Of a stretch of 64,000 nt of DNA, positions 1 through 13,511 are shown in pieces. This DNA is from Mobula birostris (taxonomy: Eukaryota): contig NC_092389.1 in assembly GCF_030028105.1 (NCBI RefSeq), positions 13,937,180-14,001,179 on the forward strand, given 5' to 3'. A model generated the notes under the pieces. That model saw only the letters and a list, made by a program, of their open reading frames with translations, had not been told where the DNA came from and ran no database searches. Position numbers and translations under genes: made by a program. Every line of letters begins with the position of its first letter. The first letter of the stretch is position 1.

Positions 1-257
1 AATGGTTGAAACTGCAGTGAGCAACAGTTCTGAATTGTTTTACTGTTTATTTCTCGCCAACTATCAGTGATAAAAGTCACTGTTTTGAGCTCAAAATACA
101 TGCAACTGATGCTATTTTAAAAACTGTTTGCTCAAAGCATGGTGTAGCATCTAATGGCCACACAACTGCACATGACTGATACTTATTAGAACCTGGCAAC
201 ACACATCAAAGTTGCTGGTGAACGCAGCAGGCCAGGCAGCATCTCTTGGTAGAGGTA

Positions 258-295
258 CAGTCGACGTTTCAGGCCGAGACCCTTCGTCAGGACTA
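258..295 (-). ncRNA. Minimal type I hammerhead ribozyme motif in a Penelope-like pseudo-LTR fragment (about 197-358)
   Basis: The minus strand reads tagtc-CTGACGA-agggtctcggcct-GAAA-cg-TC-gactg: intact core, stem I, stem II and a palindromic ACGT stem III. Confidence 0.7.
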
Positions 296-768
296 ACTGA
301 AGGAAGAGTGAGTAAGAGATTTGAAAGTTGGAGGGGGAGGGGGAGATCCAAAATGATGATCCCAGGTACCCTGTCATTTGAAGATTTTTCATGGGGACAA
401 TTTGTTCTAATTTGTTCTGTATTGCATTTCATGAGCAAGTCCAAACAAAACAGTAAATATTATTTTCTCTTTGGACACCTGCAAGGACCCAGGCCAATAT
501 ACAATTAGGGCTGGAGTTCACTGGTCAATTTCAGGTGACATGAGTGCACCTGATATTTACTGATAGGCGTCAATGTGTTCTGTCAGTTGATTCTAGCAAG
601 AAGCTATGAAGCTGTTGATACTGTGCAAGAATTGTATACACTTGGGTATGTTGTATACTATAAAGGAGATAGAATCTATAAATGTGGGAGGTGAATATAT
701 TAGTGGACAATATTTTGTAAATCACAAGCATATCTGGGCATCACTTATTAATAGACGTGTTGTGGCAG

Positions 769-2238
769 GTCAGAATATATGCCAGCAAGAGACTGATTGA
801 CATGTTTGTTCTGGAGATTCTGCTGAAGACTTTGGCAAATAAAGGAAGAGCATTCTCTGAAGAGGTTGAGTTGGACAGGCTGTCAGACAGTAAGTTGTGT
901 TCTTCTTATCATCACACACAGTAGAGCATTTGTGATTACAGCCAGCAATGCATTGACAGTGCAGAATATCGGGTTTTCCTAAGTTTCAACCCACATGGTG
1001 AGTCTGTTATAACATGCTGCCAAAGGTTTTCCAACAAAGGAGGAGGAGGATGCAAGAGTTCATGAAATTCCTTCTTTTCCTCTGGATTTTTGATGTTGCT
1101 GAGGACACTGCAGAATTCCAGGTCCAGCCCTTGTACAATAATGTGTGGAAAGATGGGATGTTATTGAAAGAAATGGAAAATTATCTATTTGTAAGTAACA
1201 TTTGATTTATGACTGTAGTAAAGCAAGAATTGAGAATTTCCTGCGTTACCACTGAAGCAGCTGATCAGGTGGATTATCCAGCAACTTGTATTGAGTGTTT
1301 CATTTGTTTTGTCATAAGCTCTTTGTGTGCTGGTTGATAACTGAGAAGTCACCTCATCCTTTTTTTTTAGGTTCAATGCTTGACATCCTTTTAGGCCAGT
1401 ACCTCAACATAGGCCAATACAGTTGTGCAGCCATTGACAATGTGGCACTGCGGGATTACCATTTGAAGGCTTTTACAGATGTGGTGAGTGTATATTTTCC
1501 ACAACTAGTCCTCAATATATCCTTTTGGGATTTTATACCGTCACCCCTCCTGCAAAGCCATTGCTTATTTAAATACTTCTGTTAGTTCTTTTATAATTGT
1601 CAGGGCAGGGGATTTCAAGAAACAATTTCTGGTTCAAGCATCCCCTATCGGCAACAAGCTGTCTTCAAATACTCCTAGAACAGATACAACCCAAGTTAGG
1701 AGGAACAGAATAAAATTCCTCTGTTCTTTTCTCCATCGGTATGCTTCAACTCCTTTTCCAATACACCGTAAACTACTGATTCTGTCTTGGTTCCTAACAA
1801 TTACACATTGTCATTTTGGGCTGGCTAAGGGACTTTGCTTATGCATACAAATTAATGAATGTTGTGCAGCACCAATAAAGACAAGGAGACAGGAATCACA
1901 TTAGAATCATGTCGTGTTACCTGCTGATAATACATAGTTGTAATGGAGTAGTGAAGCAATTTCAGTTCCTCCCGTCTGACATTTCTCACTCTTTTTACTG
2001 GAAAAGTTCTTAAGAATTCTTGGGGTCTGAGGAGAATGAGGAAGCTATGATGTAGTGGAGCTTGTCACCCTGCAGTGAGGTTGCCAGTCCTTTGAATTAA
2101 TGGGGACTCCTGTCTGTTTGCCTTGAACAGGCACTGGATGTGATTCTGACGGAAATGGGTGAACATATGGATGAGGACATGGCTGATCTTTTCCAGTATG
2201 AAAGACAAATGGAAGAAGCAGACTCTAATGTAGAGTAA
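769..2238 (+). CDS. 3' coding exons of an unidentified multi-exon gene: join(769..889,1371..1483,2131..2238), ...VRIYASKRLIDMFVLEILLKTLANKGRAFSEEVELDRLSDSSMLDILLGQYLNIGQYSCAAIDNVALRDYHLKAFTDVALDVILTEMGEHMDEDMADLFQYERQMEEADSNVE*
   Basis: Three exons with AG/GT sites (ggcag|G, A|gtaagt; ttttag|G, G|gtgagt; gaacag|G). Phases are compatible (0,1,0) and give one open frame ending in TAA at 2236-2238. AATAAA lies at 2506-2511. The product is not recognised and the upstream exons were not identified. Confidence 0.75.
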
Positions 2239-3504
2239 TGAAATTAGTGCCTTGGGCTGATGATGTTGTATTCATTCTAACTGTGGTTGCTTATATTCCA
2301 ATTTGCTGTACCAAAAGAAGAGAAACGTGTTTACCATTGTATCATGTAACCTTAAACATATTAAGGAACTTTGTAAATTCTATTTCTTATTTTGAAATGA
2401 CAATCTTACATGAACAGTAGCTATTAAGTTGGCCAGAGCACAGGAACACTGTCCTGCTCTTTGAACACTTTGGTTTGATCTAAAGTCCCTATATAAAAGA
2501 TTGCCAATAAAGTGATAATCATTCCTTAAATGGACATTCATCTTTATTTATGGAAGAGTCATTTAACAAAGCATTTTCTCACTTCAGAAGTTTCTTGGGA
2601 AATTGTCTTGCACTGAAGGCCCTCACAATGAGGTATTCACAAGGATATAAATGTCTAGCACCATTCCTTCTCCACAGGCAGAAAATTTCCATTCCACCAC
2701 AGTTATAGACTTTAAAAATGGCTGTCCTCATTGTTACGTTTAGTAATTGTGTCTTCTATTTTGAGAAATTTGATGCACAGTTTATTGATATTGTTAAATA
2801 ATCATGTTTCAAATGTTTTTTTAAATGGAATAAGCAATAACTGATGCTCCAATTTAATGCAAGTCTGAAGTTCAATTTGTTCAAAAAGTTTATTTATTCA
2901 ACAGCAGATACTCGGAAATGAGCAACTATGAAGGAAGACGTAACACTAACTTTTTTAATGGTGGGTGGGAGGAAATTGTGATGGTTTCTGAATTTTTGGT
3001 GGGTAATGGCCAATAACAAGGTGCCTATCACTAAGTTAAAAATAGTTGCTACAGGTGGATTTGGGAGTTAAGAAAATATAGTCATCTCGACCCAAACTAC
3101 CCTATCTGTCACTTTAGGTAATGCCTTTGGTTCAGTGCTGACACTCTGAGTGAGCCAAAAGTATCATGGATTAAATTCTTGCTTCAGAAATTCAAGCACG
3201 AAATATAGGCTAACTGTAATTCATTAGTGATTATACAGTAAATAGAGGACCAATTTCCAGGCCTGATTTCAGTATATTAAAAATTATGTTCCACTTTGGT
3301 TTTATATAAACAATATTACACAAGAAATTTGCTAGAAAGGTGCTAGTAAGACAAGACTTCATTTATCCTGAGAGAGTAGATTAATTGTGGTTATCATTAG
3401 AGAAGGTGTTTGAAGAAATGAAGAAAAGAAAACTAATGCAGTGAAATATTATTGGTTTAAAGAGCCTGATAATATGGTTGAAGGAAATTTAATATTAATT
3501 TGAA

Positions 3505-4290
3505 GGAGCATAATTAGTCCACCCGGCCTATCAAGTCTGCTCCTGCATTCAATCATGGCTGATACTTTTTTCATCCCTATTTCCCATTTTCCTCATAAGG
3601 CTTAACCTCCTTCCCAGTCAAAAACTTATCAATCTCCACCTTAAATGCACCTAATGCCTTGACCTCCACAGCCCTCTGACGTAATGAATTCCACAGAGTC
3701 ACCATTCTCTGGTTGAAGAAATTTCTCCTCATCTCAGTTTTAAAGAGATGTCCCTTTATTCTGAGGCTATACATTGGATCCTAGACTCTCCTACGAATGG
3801 AAACCTGAGTTTCCATGTCCACTTTCTCCAGGTCTTTCAGTATCTGATAGGTTTCAATTGATAAATCCTCTCATCCTTCTGAACTCCAAGTACAGGTCCA
3901 GAGACACCGAACATTCCCCATAGATTAAGCCTTTCAATTCTTGTGAGTCTGCTCTGGACTCCCTCCAGTGCCAGCACAACTTCCCTTTGATACAGGGCTC
4001 AAAGTTGCTCACAATGTGGCAAATGTAGTCTGACCATGCCTTATAAAACCTCAGCAGTATACCCTTGATTTTATGTTCTAGCCCTCTTGAAATGAATACT
4101 AATATTTCATTTGCCTTCTTTACTACTGAAAAACACCCACAAAATGCTGGAGGAACTCAGCATGCCAGGCTGCATCTATGGAGTGGAGTAAACTGTTGAC
4201 ATTTTGGGTCAGGACCCTTCATTAGGTCTAACTCAACCTGCAAGTTAACCTGAAGGAAATCCTCAACTGGGACTCCCAAGACCCCTTGCA
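3505..4290 (-). mobile_element. CR1 LINE 3' fragment with a nested Penelope-derived piece (about 4130-4230)
   Basis: HSLRIKG..FKTEMRRNFF.QRMV.LWNSL-type C-terminal CR1 ORF2 motif on the minus strand. Confidence 0.75.
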
Positions 4291-6129
4291 CTTCGCGTAA
4301 TAAAATGATCGAATGAAACATGAAAAGGGAAATATACAAAGCGATCAATAGTGTTATTCCTAAACACTTTATTATTTTCCATAAGTATATTTGTTTCTTG
4401 TTATTTTAAAAGTTTAAAAAAATACAAGTCAAATGCGTTTATAAGTGTTATTAAGTGAAACTCCTATAATTTTTCAGTTGCTAAAAGGATACCATTTATC
4501 TGAGGCCTCGTGGGCACCACAGTTAACTTTTTTGTTACAGTAGCATAACAGCACGACACCAGTACAACTCAAGTGTGTTCCAGAGTGTGGAGTTCAATTC
4601 CAGTGCCGTCTGTAAGGAGTTTGTATGTGAATCACGTGAGTTTCCTCCCAACAGTCCCAAGATGTACTGGTTAGTAGGTTAGTTGGTCATTGTAACTTGT
4701 CCTGCAATTAGGCTAGTGTTAAATAGGTGGGTGGCTGAGCAGTGCAGTTGTTGGGCAGAAGGGCCTGTTCCATGCTGTATCTCTAAATAAATATAAAATA
4801 ATTAGTGATCTCTAAACTTGGTTATATTTCACAACTATTCTGTAAGATATACATATTTGTCCAAATGCTGGATAAGGGAAGAATCACTACATTTGAATGA
4901 CATCCACATTCAAAAAGCAAGTTTACCGTCTGAAAGGTTCCCAGTACCAGTGAAACTCCAGTACACATCACTGCATTTACTCCTTGGCTGACTTCCTCCT
5001 TACCCAGGAGAACTTGGACCATTCCATTCTTTGTGAATTGACATTACATGGCAGCAAGAAAGATCTTGTTTCAAAAGGGCCCAAAGAATTTCCATTTGGA
5101 GGAAGTGCTGAACCCTGAACATCCGCTCGGACTGTGGATTAAATTCCATCTTTGTAATTGGTGCACAGTTTGGAAGTTGTCCCAAAATGTTACTAAACAT
5201 CAACTGAACATAGATTTACATTTTTATTTTAATTATTAGCCAAAACCAAAATTTAAGGGCTGAAAGTAACATATTGATATGTCCAGTCCAAGCATTGCAC
5301 AACTTATCCTCAAAAGGTAGACAGCAATAGCTATCGCAACAATTAATCATTAAGATCATTATAGCATAGTTTAACGCTTCTGCAGTTTAAAGTTTTGAAA
5401 TTCATATTTTTTCATATTTCTTTATGATGTGTGAGGAGCTAGTCATCTCCTCAAGTCTATGCCAGATCTCAGATCATTCCTGTCAGTTACAACCCTGACT
5501 ATTTCCTTCTACTTATTTTTCCACCACCTCCCCTCTCCTCCAATGTCCCTCCACCCACTGAAATTAGGGACAGTATATACAGCTGCTAATTAAACTACCA
5601 GCATGGCTTTGGAATGTAGAAGGAAACTGGAGCATCCAGGAGAAACCCATGTGGTGGCAAGGAAAATAAGATCATAAGACATTGGAGCAGAATTAGGCCA
5701 TTTGGTCCACCAAGTCTACTCTGCTATTTGATCAAGTCTGGTTTCAGAGTTCAAAGTTTAAAGTAAATTTATTGGCAAAGTATGTATATGTCACTATATA
5801 AAATCTTGAGATTAATTTTTTTGCAGGCAATGTCAGTAAGTACAAAAAAAACAGTAGTATCAATGAAAGACCACACCCAACAGGGCAGACAACAACCACA
5901 GTGAAAAAAACTGTGCAAGTACAAACAACGGAGGAAAAATAAATAAATAATCAATAAATATCGAGAACATGAGATGAAGAGCCCTTGAAAGTGAGTCCTT
6001 AGATTATGGGAACAGTTCAGTGATGGGGTGAGTAGGGGTGAGTAAAGTTGGGTAATGTTATCCCCTCTGGTTCAAGAGCCTAATAGCTGATGGGTAATAA
6101 CTGTTCTTGAACCTGGTGGTACATGTCCT

Positions 6130-8600
6130 GAGGGTTATTATCCCTCTCAACCCCTTTGACGCCCTTGCTAATTGAGAACTTATCAACCTCCGTTTTAACT
6201 ATAACCAATGACTTGGCATCCACAGCAGTCTGTGTCATTGAATTCCACAGACTTACCAGCTTTGGCTAAAGAAATTCTGTCATACCTTTACAAAATAATG
6301 CCCTTCTACTCTGAGGCTGTGCCTTCTGGCCCTAGACTCCCCCACTATTGGAAACATCTTCTTAATATCCACTCTGTCTAGGCCTTTCAATATTTGATAA
6401 GTTTCAGTGAGATTCTCCCCCATTCCCCCAGGCCCTGAGCCATCAAATGCTCCTCATACTTTAACCTTTTCAATCCCAGGATCATTCTTGTGAATGTCCT
6501 CTGGACTCTCTCCAATGCTAGCACATCCTTTCTTAGATAAGGGGCCCAAAACTGCTCACAATACTCTGAGTGTAGGCTGATCAATGCCTTATAAAGCCTC
6601 AGTATTACATCTTGCCTTTATATTTTAGTTATCTTGAAATGAATGTTAACATTGTATTTTTCCTTCCTTACCAGCAACTGAACCTGCAAGTTAACCTTCC
6701 GTGAAACTTGCATGAGGATTTCCAAGACCCTTTTCACCTCTGATTTCAGAACTTGCTCCTGGTTTAAAAAATAGTGTACCCCTTTATCCCTTCTACCAAA
6801 GTGCATGACCATTCACTTCCCTACACTATATTCCATCTGTCAACTTTTTACCTATTCTCCCAAATCTGTTCAGGTCCTTTTGCAGACTTCCTGCTTCCTC
6901 AACACTACTGCCTCTCCACCTGTCTTTGTATCGTCTGCAAACTTGACCACAAAGCCACCAACTTTCATTGAAATCATTGTTATACACTTAATGGCCACTT
7001 TATGAGGTACACCTGCTTGTTAATGCAAATATCTAATCAATAAATCACATGGCAGCAACTCGATGCATAAAAGCATGCGGACATGGTCTAGCAGTTCAGT
7101 TGTCATTCAGACCAAACATAAGAAGAAATGTGGTCTAAGTGATTTTGACTGTGGTGTCAGACAGGGTGTTTTGAGTATCTCAGAAACTGCTGATCTCTGG
7201 GATTTTCATGCACAACAGTCTCGAGAGTTTAAAGAGAATGGAGTGAAAATTTTAAGAAAAAACACATCCAGTGAGCAGTAGTGCTATGGGTGAAAATGCC
7301 TTGTTAATGAGAGAGGTCAGAGGAGAATGACGAGACTGATTCAAGCTGACAAGAAGGTGACAGTAACTCAAATAACCACGTGTTACAACAGTGGTATGCA
7401 GAAGAGCATCACTGAATGCACAACATGTCAAACCTTGAAGTGGATGGGCTACAACAGCAGAAGACCATGGATATACACTAAGGGGGTACCTAATAAAGTG
7501 GCACTGAGTGCATGATGTAAAAAGAAGTGGTTCTAACACCAACTCCTGCAGATTACCACTAGTCACTGGTAACCAACCAGAGAAAGCTCCTCTTATTCCC
7601 ACTCTTTACCTCCTGCCAGTCAGCCAATCTTCAATCCATACTAGTATCTTTTCTGTAATACCATGGGTTCTTCTTGTGTTTAGCAGCACCATGTGCCATA
7701 CTTTGTCAAAGGCCTTCTGAAAGTCTAGGTAAACAACACCCACTGACTTTGTTTATCCTGCCTGTTATTTCTTCAAAAAATTCCAACAGATTTGTCAGGC
7801 AAGATTTCTTCTTAAAGACTTAGGACTATTTTATGATGTGCCTCCAAGTGCTCCAAAACCTCATCCTTAATAATGGACTCTAACATCTTCCCAACCATTG
7901 AGGTCAGGTGAACTGGCCTATAATTTCCTGTCTTTTGCCTCCCTCCTTTCCTAAAGAGTGGAGTGACATTTGCAATTTTCCAGTCCTCCAGAACTATTCT
8001 GGAATCTAGTGATTCTTGAAAGATCATTACTGGTGCCTCTACAATCCCTTCAGCAACCTCTTTCAGAACCCAGGGTGTAGTCCATCTGGTCCAGGTGACT
8101 TATCTACCGTCAGTCTTTTCAGTTTCCCAAGCAACTTCTCCCTAGTAATAGCAACTGCACTCCCTTCTGCACCCCAACAGTTTTGAGTTTCTGGCATACT
8201 GCTAATATCTTCTGCAGTGAAGACTGGCACAAAATAGTTAAGTTTGTCTGCTATTTCTTTGCCCCACCCCCTCCCCATTGCTACCTCTCCAGCATAATTT
8301 TCCAGTGGTCTGAAATCCACTCTCATCTCTATTTCACTCTTTATATATCTAAAAATTCTTTTGGTATCCTCTTTTATGTTATTACTATCATTACCTTCAT
8401 ATTTCACCTTTTCTCGCATTGTTTATTTTAGTTGCCTTCTGTTTTTTAAAAACATCCTAGTCCTCTTAGCTTCCCACTAATTTTTGCTATATTATATGCC
8501 CTCTCTTTTGCTTTTATGCTGTTTTTGTCTCATACTCCCTTTAGAATGCTTCGTCCTAGGGATGAATCAGTCCTGCATCTTCTGAATTGCTCCCAGAAAA
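6130..8600 (-). mobile_element. Degenerate CR1 LINE ORF2 (RT), interrupted by a Tc1-like element
   Basis: Motifs KSPGPDGLHP, DWKIANVTPLFRKG..GNYRPV.LTS, VTSG..Q..VL.PLLF and EYCEQFWAPYLRKD in fragmented frames. Confidence 0.85.
6985..7510 (+). mobile_element. Non-autonomous Tc1/mariner DNA transposon nested in CR1
   Basis: Imperfect TIRs cacttaatggccactttatgaggtac / gtacctaataaagtggcactgagtg, preceded by TA. The interior encodes RLIQADKKVTVTQITTCYN...LKWMGYNSRRP, a Tc1 transposase N-terminal fragment. Confidence 0.75.
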
Positions 8601-8774
8601 CATGTAAACTCCACAGAGAGAGGACTGAAGAATGGGATGAAATCTGAATCCTACAGCACCATCTCTAACTACAAGACCATTATGTTGCCCATACAAATAC
8701 AAAAGCTGTAACATTTTCATACTATTTTTATTTTGAGTAAATCATACGTCTCACAGAAAATCACACTTTTATTG

Positions 8775-10104
8775 TTAATTATTTCTGCTTGTGATCTCCA
8801 GGATTCTTTGAGTAAGGTCTTGATGTTTTTGTTTTATATATTCAGGTAGCTGCCCAAGATGAGAAGAAATCCATTCTCTGAAAAATAAAAGTCAAAATTA
8901 TTATTGCAATATACATGGGACTGCAGGGATGTATCTGTTATATATGGTCTTGGGAATATTTTGTTGGGAACATAAGATGGAGTTTTACTGTAAATTTGTA
9001 ACTTTTCCTGTAATTTCCTTGGATGTATTCAAAGGAACTGTGAAGAGGAAGTTCCCCTTTGTATAACCTATTAGTTACTTGCTCAGAGCAGAATTACAGC
9101 ACCATAGAGTGACATATAAATTAAAAAATATCTTTATAGCATCCAAAGCTTCAGATGCAGCTTTTATATTAACCTAAATTAAAATCAAAATTTTGTTTTT
9201 ATTTAATAAATATATTTGAATAACATAAAGGTTTGGTGATTACCTCCCACTTTGAACCACAGAACTGCTTGCCACATTGTCTAGAAGAGAGGATGCAGAC
9301 TCTGCAATTCTTCTTGCAAAACTTAGAAGTTGATGAGGTTCAGCTGTGGCACTGACTTCTTCCACAGGGGCAGCTTCATATGCTGTAAAACAGAGTTAGG
9401 AAAATACAGAGATTAAAACAGTGTCCAACAAAGGTAATGTTTATGTATGTTAAAGTATGAAAGCATGCAAATTTAGTTAGGACACTCTATAAGAATTCTA
9501 ACTCCATTCAATCAAAATTTTATCTCACCCAATGTATTAATTGTAATAAAGGGGCTGATTTTAACAAGAGTGGGAATTTAGATTGTGAGGGTATTGATCT
9601 GGTCCCAAAATACTATCATTTGGCTGTGACTCAAATCAAGCCCCAATTTAGAGTAGAAACCTTGTCTACTTCAGAGTATATGAAGATATTAGTTTGGGCT
9701 AGAGCAAGCAATTTCTTACTGGTAAATAACATTTAACTAATTTAAACCCCAATACATATTATATTTTCTATTGATAATGTTGTTAATGGAAATTAAGGAT
9801 ATCTGATAGAAGCGCAAACTAACTTCAGCTTTAACTGCTCCAAGAAGTTTGATGGGGCAATATTGAGGAAGTCTTACAACTAAACTGAGCTATGTAGAAC
9901 TGATAGTACTTAAGGCTGATTTGGGTGGAAAAGGTGACATTGTTTCTTTCCCCGGTGTTTAGGGCAGTTCCATTTGAGACAAAGTGACTTCCTGAGAAAA
10001 TAGTTTCATTTGTTACCATATTCTCAGTTAGGAATATAAAGAGTCATTCACGTACCAGCCAGTGTTGCAACTAGAAGAACCAGAACTGTGACTTGAATCT
10101 TCAT
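8775..10104 (-). CDS. Small exchangeable apolipoprotein, apoC-III/apoC-I-like, 96 aa: complement(join(8775..8877,9244..9382,10056..10104)) MKIQVTVLVLLVATLAAYEAAPVEEVSATAEPHQLLSFARRIAESASSLLDNVASSSVVQSGREWISSHLGQLPEYIKQKHQDLTQRILEITSRNN
   Basis: Canonical apolipoprotein architecture: a 49-nt signal-peptide exon ending phase 1, a 139-nt exon ending phase 2 within an Arg codon, and a last exon starting EW. All splice sites are GT/AG. AATAAA at 8768-8773 follows the stop. LLSF..A...L..V.SS.V.Q..R|.W matches the human apoC-III exon 3/4 pattern. Confidence 0.85.
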
Positions 10105-10950
10105 TTTGATTTTTCTTTCCTTTCTGTCCTTTGGAGTGAATTAGAGAATTTGCAGTTATTAACAGTATGCAGTTGAGCTTCTGGGTAACCTCTCGTGGGC
10201 TATTTAATTTTGGACTCATTGACTAGTTAGTGTTTACATTCTATTCCATTCTCTCATTTTCTTCACCTTCAAAGTAAAATATCAAACCTCCTCCCCCGTG
10301 CACAAAAACATTGCACAAACAGCAACAATAAAAAATGAGTGAAAAACACAGAACATAAAACACAAAATCAAAAGGTATAGTTCAGTATTGTTCAGCTCAG
10401 TGTTCATTATCTGCAGTCTGCCCTGATTCAAAAATCTCCCAAAAGTAGTAACAAAAAAGAGCAACCATAGTTAGAACTAGAGCTAGAACTAGAACACATC
10501 ATAAAAAATGAATTAGATATTAGGATGATAGGAAACAACCCTGAAATTGTCCTTACTGCTTTTTTTCTAGAAAAAAAATTAAATTTTCAGTTGTGCAACA
10601 TTGAAAATAAGATATATATTTGAATTGCTAGGCAGTGGTCTCTTCTGAATATGTGAGAGCAAAAGAAGAATGGGTAGCACTTCCCGGCTTTTTAATTCTC
10701 CTTCTCATTTCAATCTCACCTGTATTGTTCCAGGGTGGTTCAAGCTAAACTCAAGGAACACCACCACCACTTCTAATTAGAGCCTTCTGAATTTAACACT
10801 GATTTTTTTTTAAAAATCCAGATAATGAATATTTCCATGATTTTATTCCGTATTTCTAGTGCCCATTCCACATTTGTTTGGTAACTTTGAATAATTATTC
10901 TGCTTTTACATATCTTTTAGACTTTTGTTAGCTTACTCTATTACCTCTTT

Positions 10951-11631
10951 AATACAAAATACTCTGCAGATGCTGGGGTCAAAGCAATACTCATAACATG
11001 CTCCCGGTGCGGCCTCCTCTGCATCGGTGAAACCCAACGCAGATTGAGGGACCGCTTCGTCGAGCACCTCCGTTCCGTCCGCCAAAACAGACAGGATCTC
11101 CTGGTTGCCACCCACTTCAACTCTGCTTCACATTCCCATTCGGATATGTCCACACATGGCCTCCTCTACTGCCAAGATGAGGCTAAACTCAGGTTGGAGG
11201 AGCAACACCTCATATACCGTCTAGGTAGTCTCCAGCCCCTTGGTATGAACATTGAATTCTCCAACTTCTGGTAATTCCCTCCCCCTCCTGTCCCCCATCC
11301 CAGTTTCACTCTGACCCTCCCCCAGCTGCCAACTACCTCCCTCATGGTTCCACCTCCTTCTACTACCCATTGTGCTTTCCCCTATTCCTTCTTTACCTTT
11401 CCTGCCTATCCCCTCCCTGCTTCCCTTCCCCCACCCCTTTATCTTTCTCCTTACTGGTTTTCACCTGGAACCTACCAGCCTTCTCCTTCCCACCCTCCCC
11501 CCACCTTCTTTATAGGTCCTCTGCCCCTTCCCCCTACAGTCCTGACGAAGAGTTCCAGCCCGAAACGTTGACTGATCGTTTCCACGGATGCTGCCCGACC
11601 TGCTGAGTTCCTCCAGCGTGTTGTGAGTGTT
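10951..11631 (+). mobile_element. 5'-truncated Penelope-like retroelement (GIY-YIG C-terminus plus pLTR) with a 14-bp target-site duplication
   Basis: IGETQRRLRDRFVEHL...VATHFN...EEQHLIYRLGSLQPLGMNIEF. TSD tctattacctcttt at 10937-10950 and 11632-11645. A short inverted pLTR piece sits at the 5' end. Confidence 0.85.
11537..11574 (+). ncRNA. Minimal hammerhead ribozyme motif (Penelope pLTR)
   Basis: cagtc-CTGACGA-agagttccagccc-GAAA-cg-TT-gactg; stem II is partly mismatched. Confidence 0.6.
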
Positions 11632-13431
11632 TCTATTACCTCTTTTGTGTTTGTAACCTCTCCTGCTTTCTACCTTGGCAGAGACATTAGCTTTTTTCCT
11701 CTCTTCCATTTCTTCTTTCTCTGCATCGTAAAGTGGTTTATTGCTATTATTCCTAGTTCCACTGAAAGGTCTTTGATCTTATACAGTATGTTAACTCTGT
11801 TCCTCTTTCCATGGATGCTGCCTGAGCTGGTGTTTTGAGCACATTTTGATTTTACAACATCCAAAAATCTCATAGCATTTATGTGCCTTGACAATGTCAA
11901 GCATTTAAAATATGTTTTTCCTGAATAAAAACCAAGTGAATGGGAATTGTATTCCCAAAACTATTATCACATATTCCAGGCTGGCAGATATCCATACTTC
12001 TATTGCAGCAAAAAGTGCAATTGTCTTGTCCAAGTTTCATCAGGAGCAACTTGAGTTGACTTTTCTTTTGTAGGATGTCTTTGCTGAAGTCTACCACCTA
12101 CTGGACATTTTTGCAACAGCCAATAGTTTGCTATGCACTGAGGCAAATGCAAGATACTACCCCAGCTCCCAGTGAGAGAATTTCCTTTATTTCAATCTCC
12201 TTCACAGGTACAATAGTATAATTTAAGAAGCACTTGGATAGGTACATGGAGGGGAGAGGCCTGGAGGGATATAGGCTGAACACAGGAAATTGGGGCAACA
12301 CACGCAAAATGCTGGTGGAACTCAGCAGGCCAGGCAGCATCTATGGAAAAGAGTACAGTTGATGTTTCGGGATGGACCCCTTCGACAACCCTTCTCTTGT
12401 TTGTGATAGGAAATTGGGACTAGCTGGGTGGGCATCATGTGGGCAACATGGACTTGTTGGGCCAGAGGGCTGGTATCTGTGCTGTATTTCTCTGTGACTC
12501 TGTAGGCAGTTACTCAGGGTTGAGAAAAACTCATGAGGCACACAGGTTTCCAAGGATTGTAGGCAACCCCACATTGTGGGTTGTCAGTATATACATTCTG
12601 TTTTGACTGCAAGTCCCCTGAGTACACAATCAACTCTCTCCCTCCTCTCTACTCCCTCACCAAGACCTTTAATAAAACATTAGCTAATTTTGGTAGTACT
12701 AGTCTGATTAGCAAAAAAAAACTTTCTTTGCAGGTTTTAGCCACAATGCATTACTGTTGCAAGAAGGCAGGTGACATACCTGCTGTGGTAGTTGAAGAAG
12801 GGTCTCAGACCGAAGCGGCGACTGTTTATTTATTTTCATAGATTCTGCCCGACCTGCTGAGTTCCTCCAGCATTTGTATGTGTTGCTTTCCTCCTCTTTC
12901 TCTGTGTTTCTATCTACTCCCACTTGCACTTTGTAAGTACAGTAGCACAATTCTATGATGAAAAGCTAAATCTGAAGGAAGGAGCTTGCCATTGCCTTGG
13001 CTAGATTGCAATAAGTAAACAGTGATTGAAGTTTCTGTTGCTTATCATGTGACAGTGTTTACTTTGAATTACTGCAGGGTTGTCTTGATCTCCCCATGTC
13101 TAAACCACTACCATGTGTAAGTAACATAAAAAGTATAGATGCTGGAAATCTGAAATAATATGCTTTTATACAGCCTTTTTCTGTCAAGTCCCTTGGATAG
13201 TCCCATGCTTGTGAAGGGGCTATATATGTGGAACATCTTGCTTTTATGTGGTCAGTGGATATTCTTACTCAATGACCATGCTGTGGGGAAAAAAATCAGA
13301 AGCGGGAATTCTGGCTGATTGCTCGCTTCCACAAGCTGGCCTGAGGTCAGTTACAGTGTCAGCACTGGCTAATCAGCTAGGATCAGCTCATTGAAATTTC
13401 CTCAGAAAATACTAGAATTGTTTCTCTAAAG

Positions 13432-13511
13432 CAGGGTTTCCCAACCCTTTTTATGCCATGGACCCCTACCATTAACCGAAAGGTCCATGGACCCCAGGTT
13501 GGGAACTCCTG
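13432..13511. mobile_element. 80-bp hAT/Charlie-type MITE
   Basis: TIRs cagggtttcccaacc / ggttgggaactcctg. Flanks ctctaaag / gtctagaa resemble the NTCTAGAN target. Confidence 0.7.

Noticed and set aside
1014-1205. 63-aa ORF ending at a gtaagt donor-like site
   Set aside because: Phase is incompatible with the flanking exons (889 to 1371 splices in frame without it), and there is no good acceptor.
2520-8760. Expected APOA1 or APOE exons near the small apo gene
   Set aside because: No 22-aa repeat exon found; the interval is mostly CR1, Tc1 and SINE debris.
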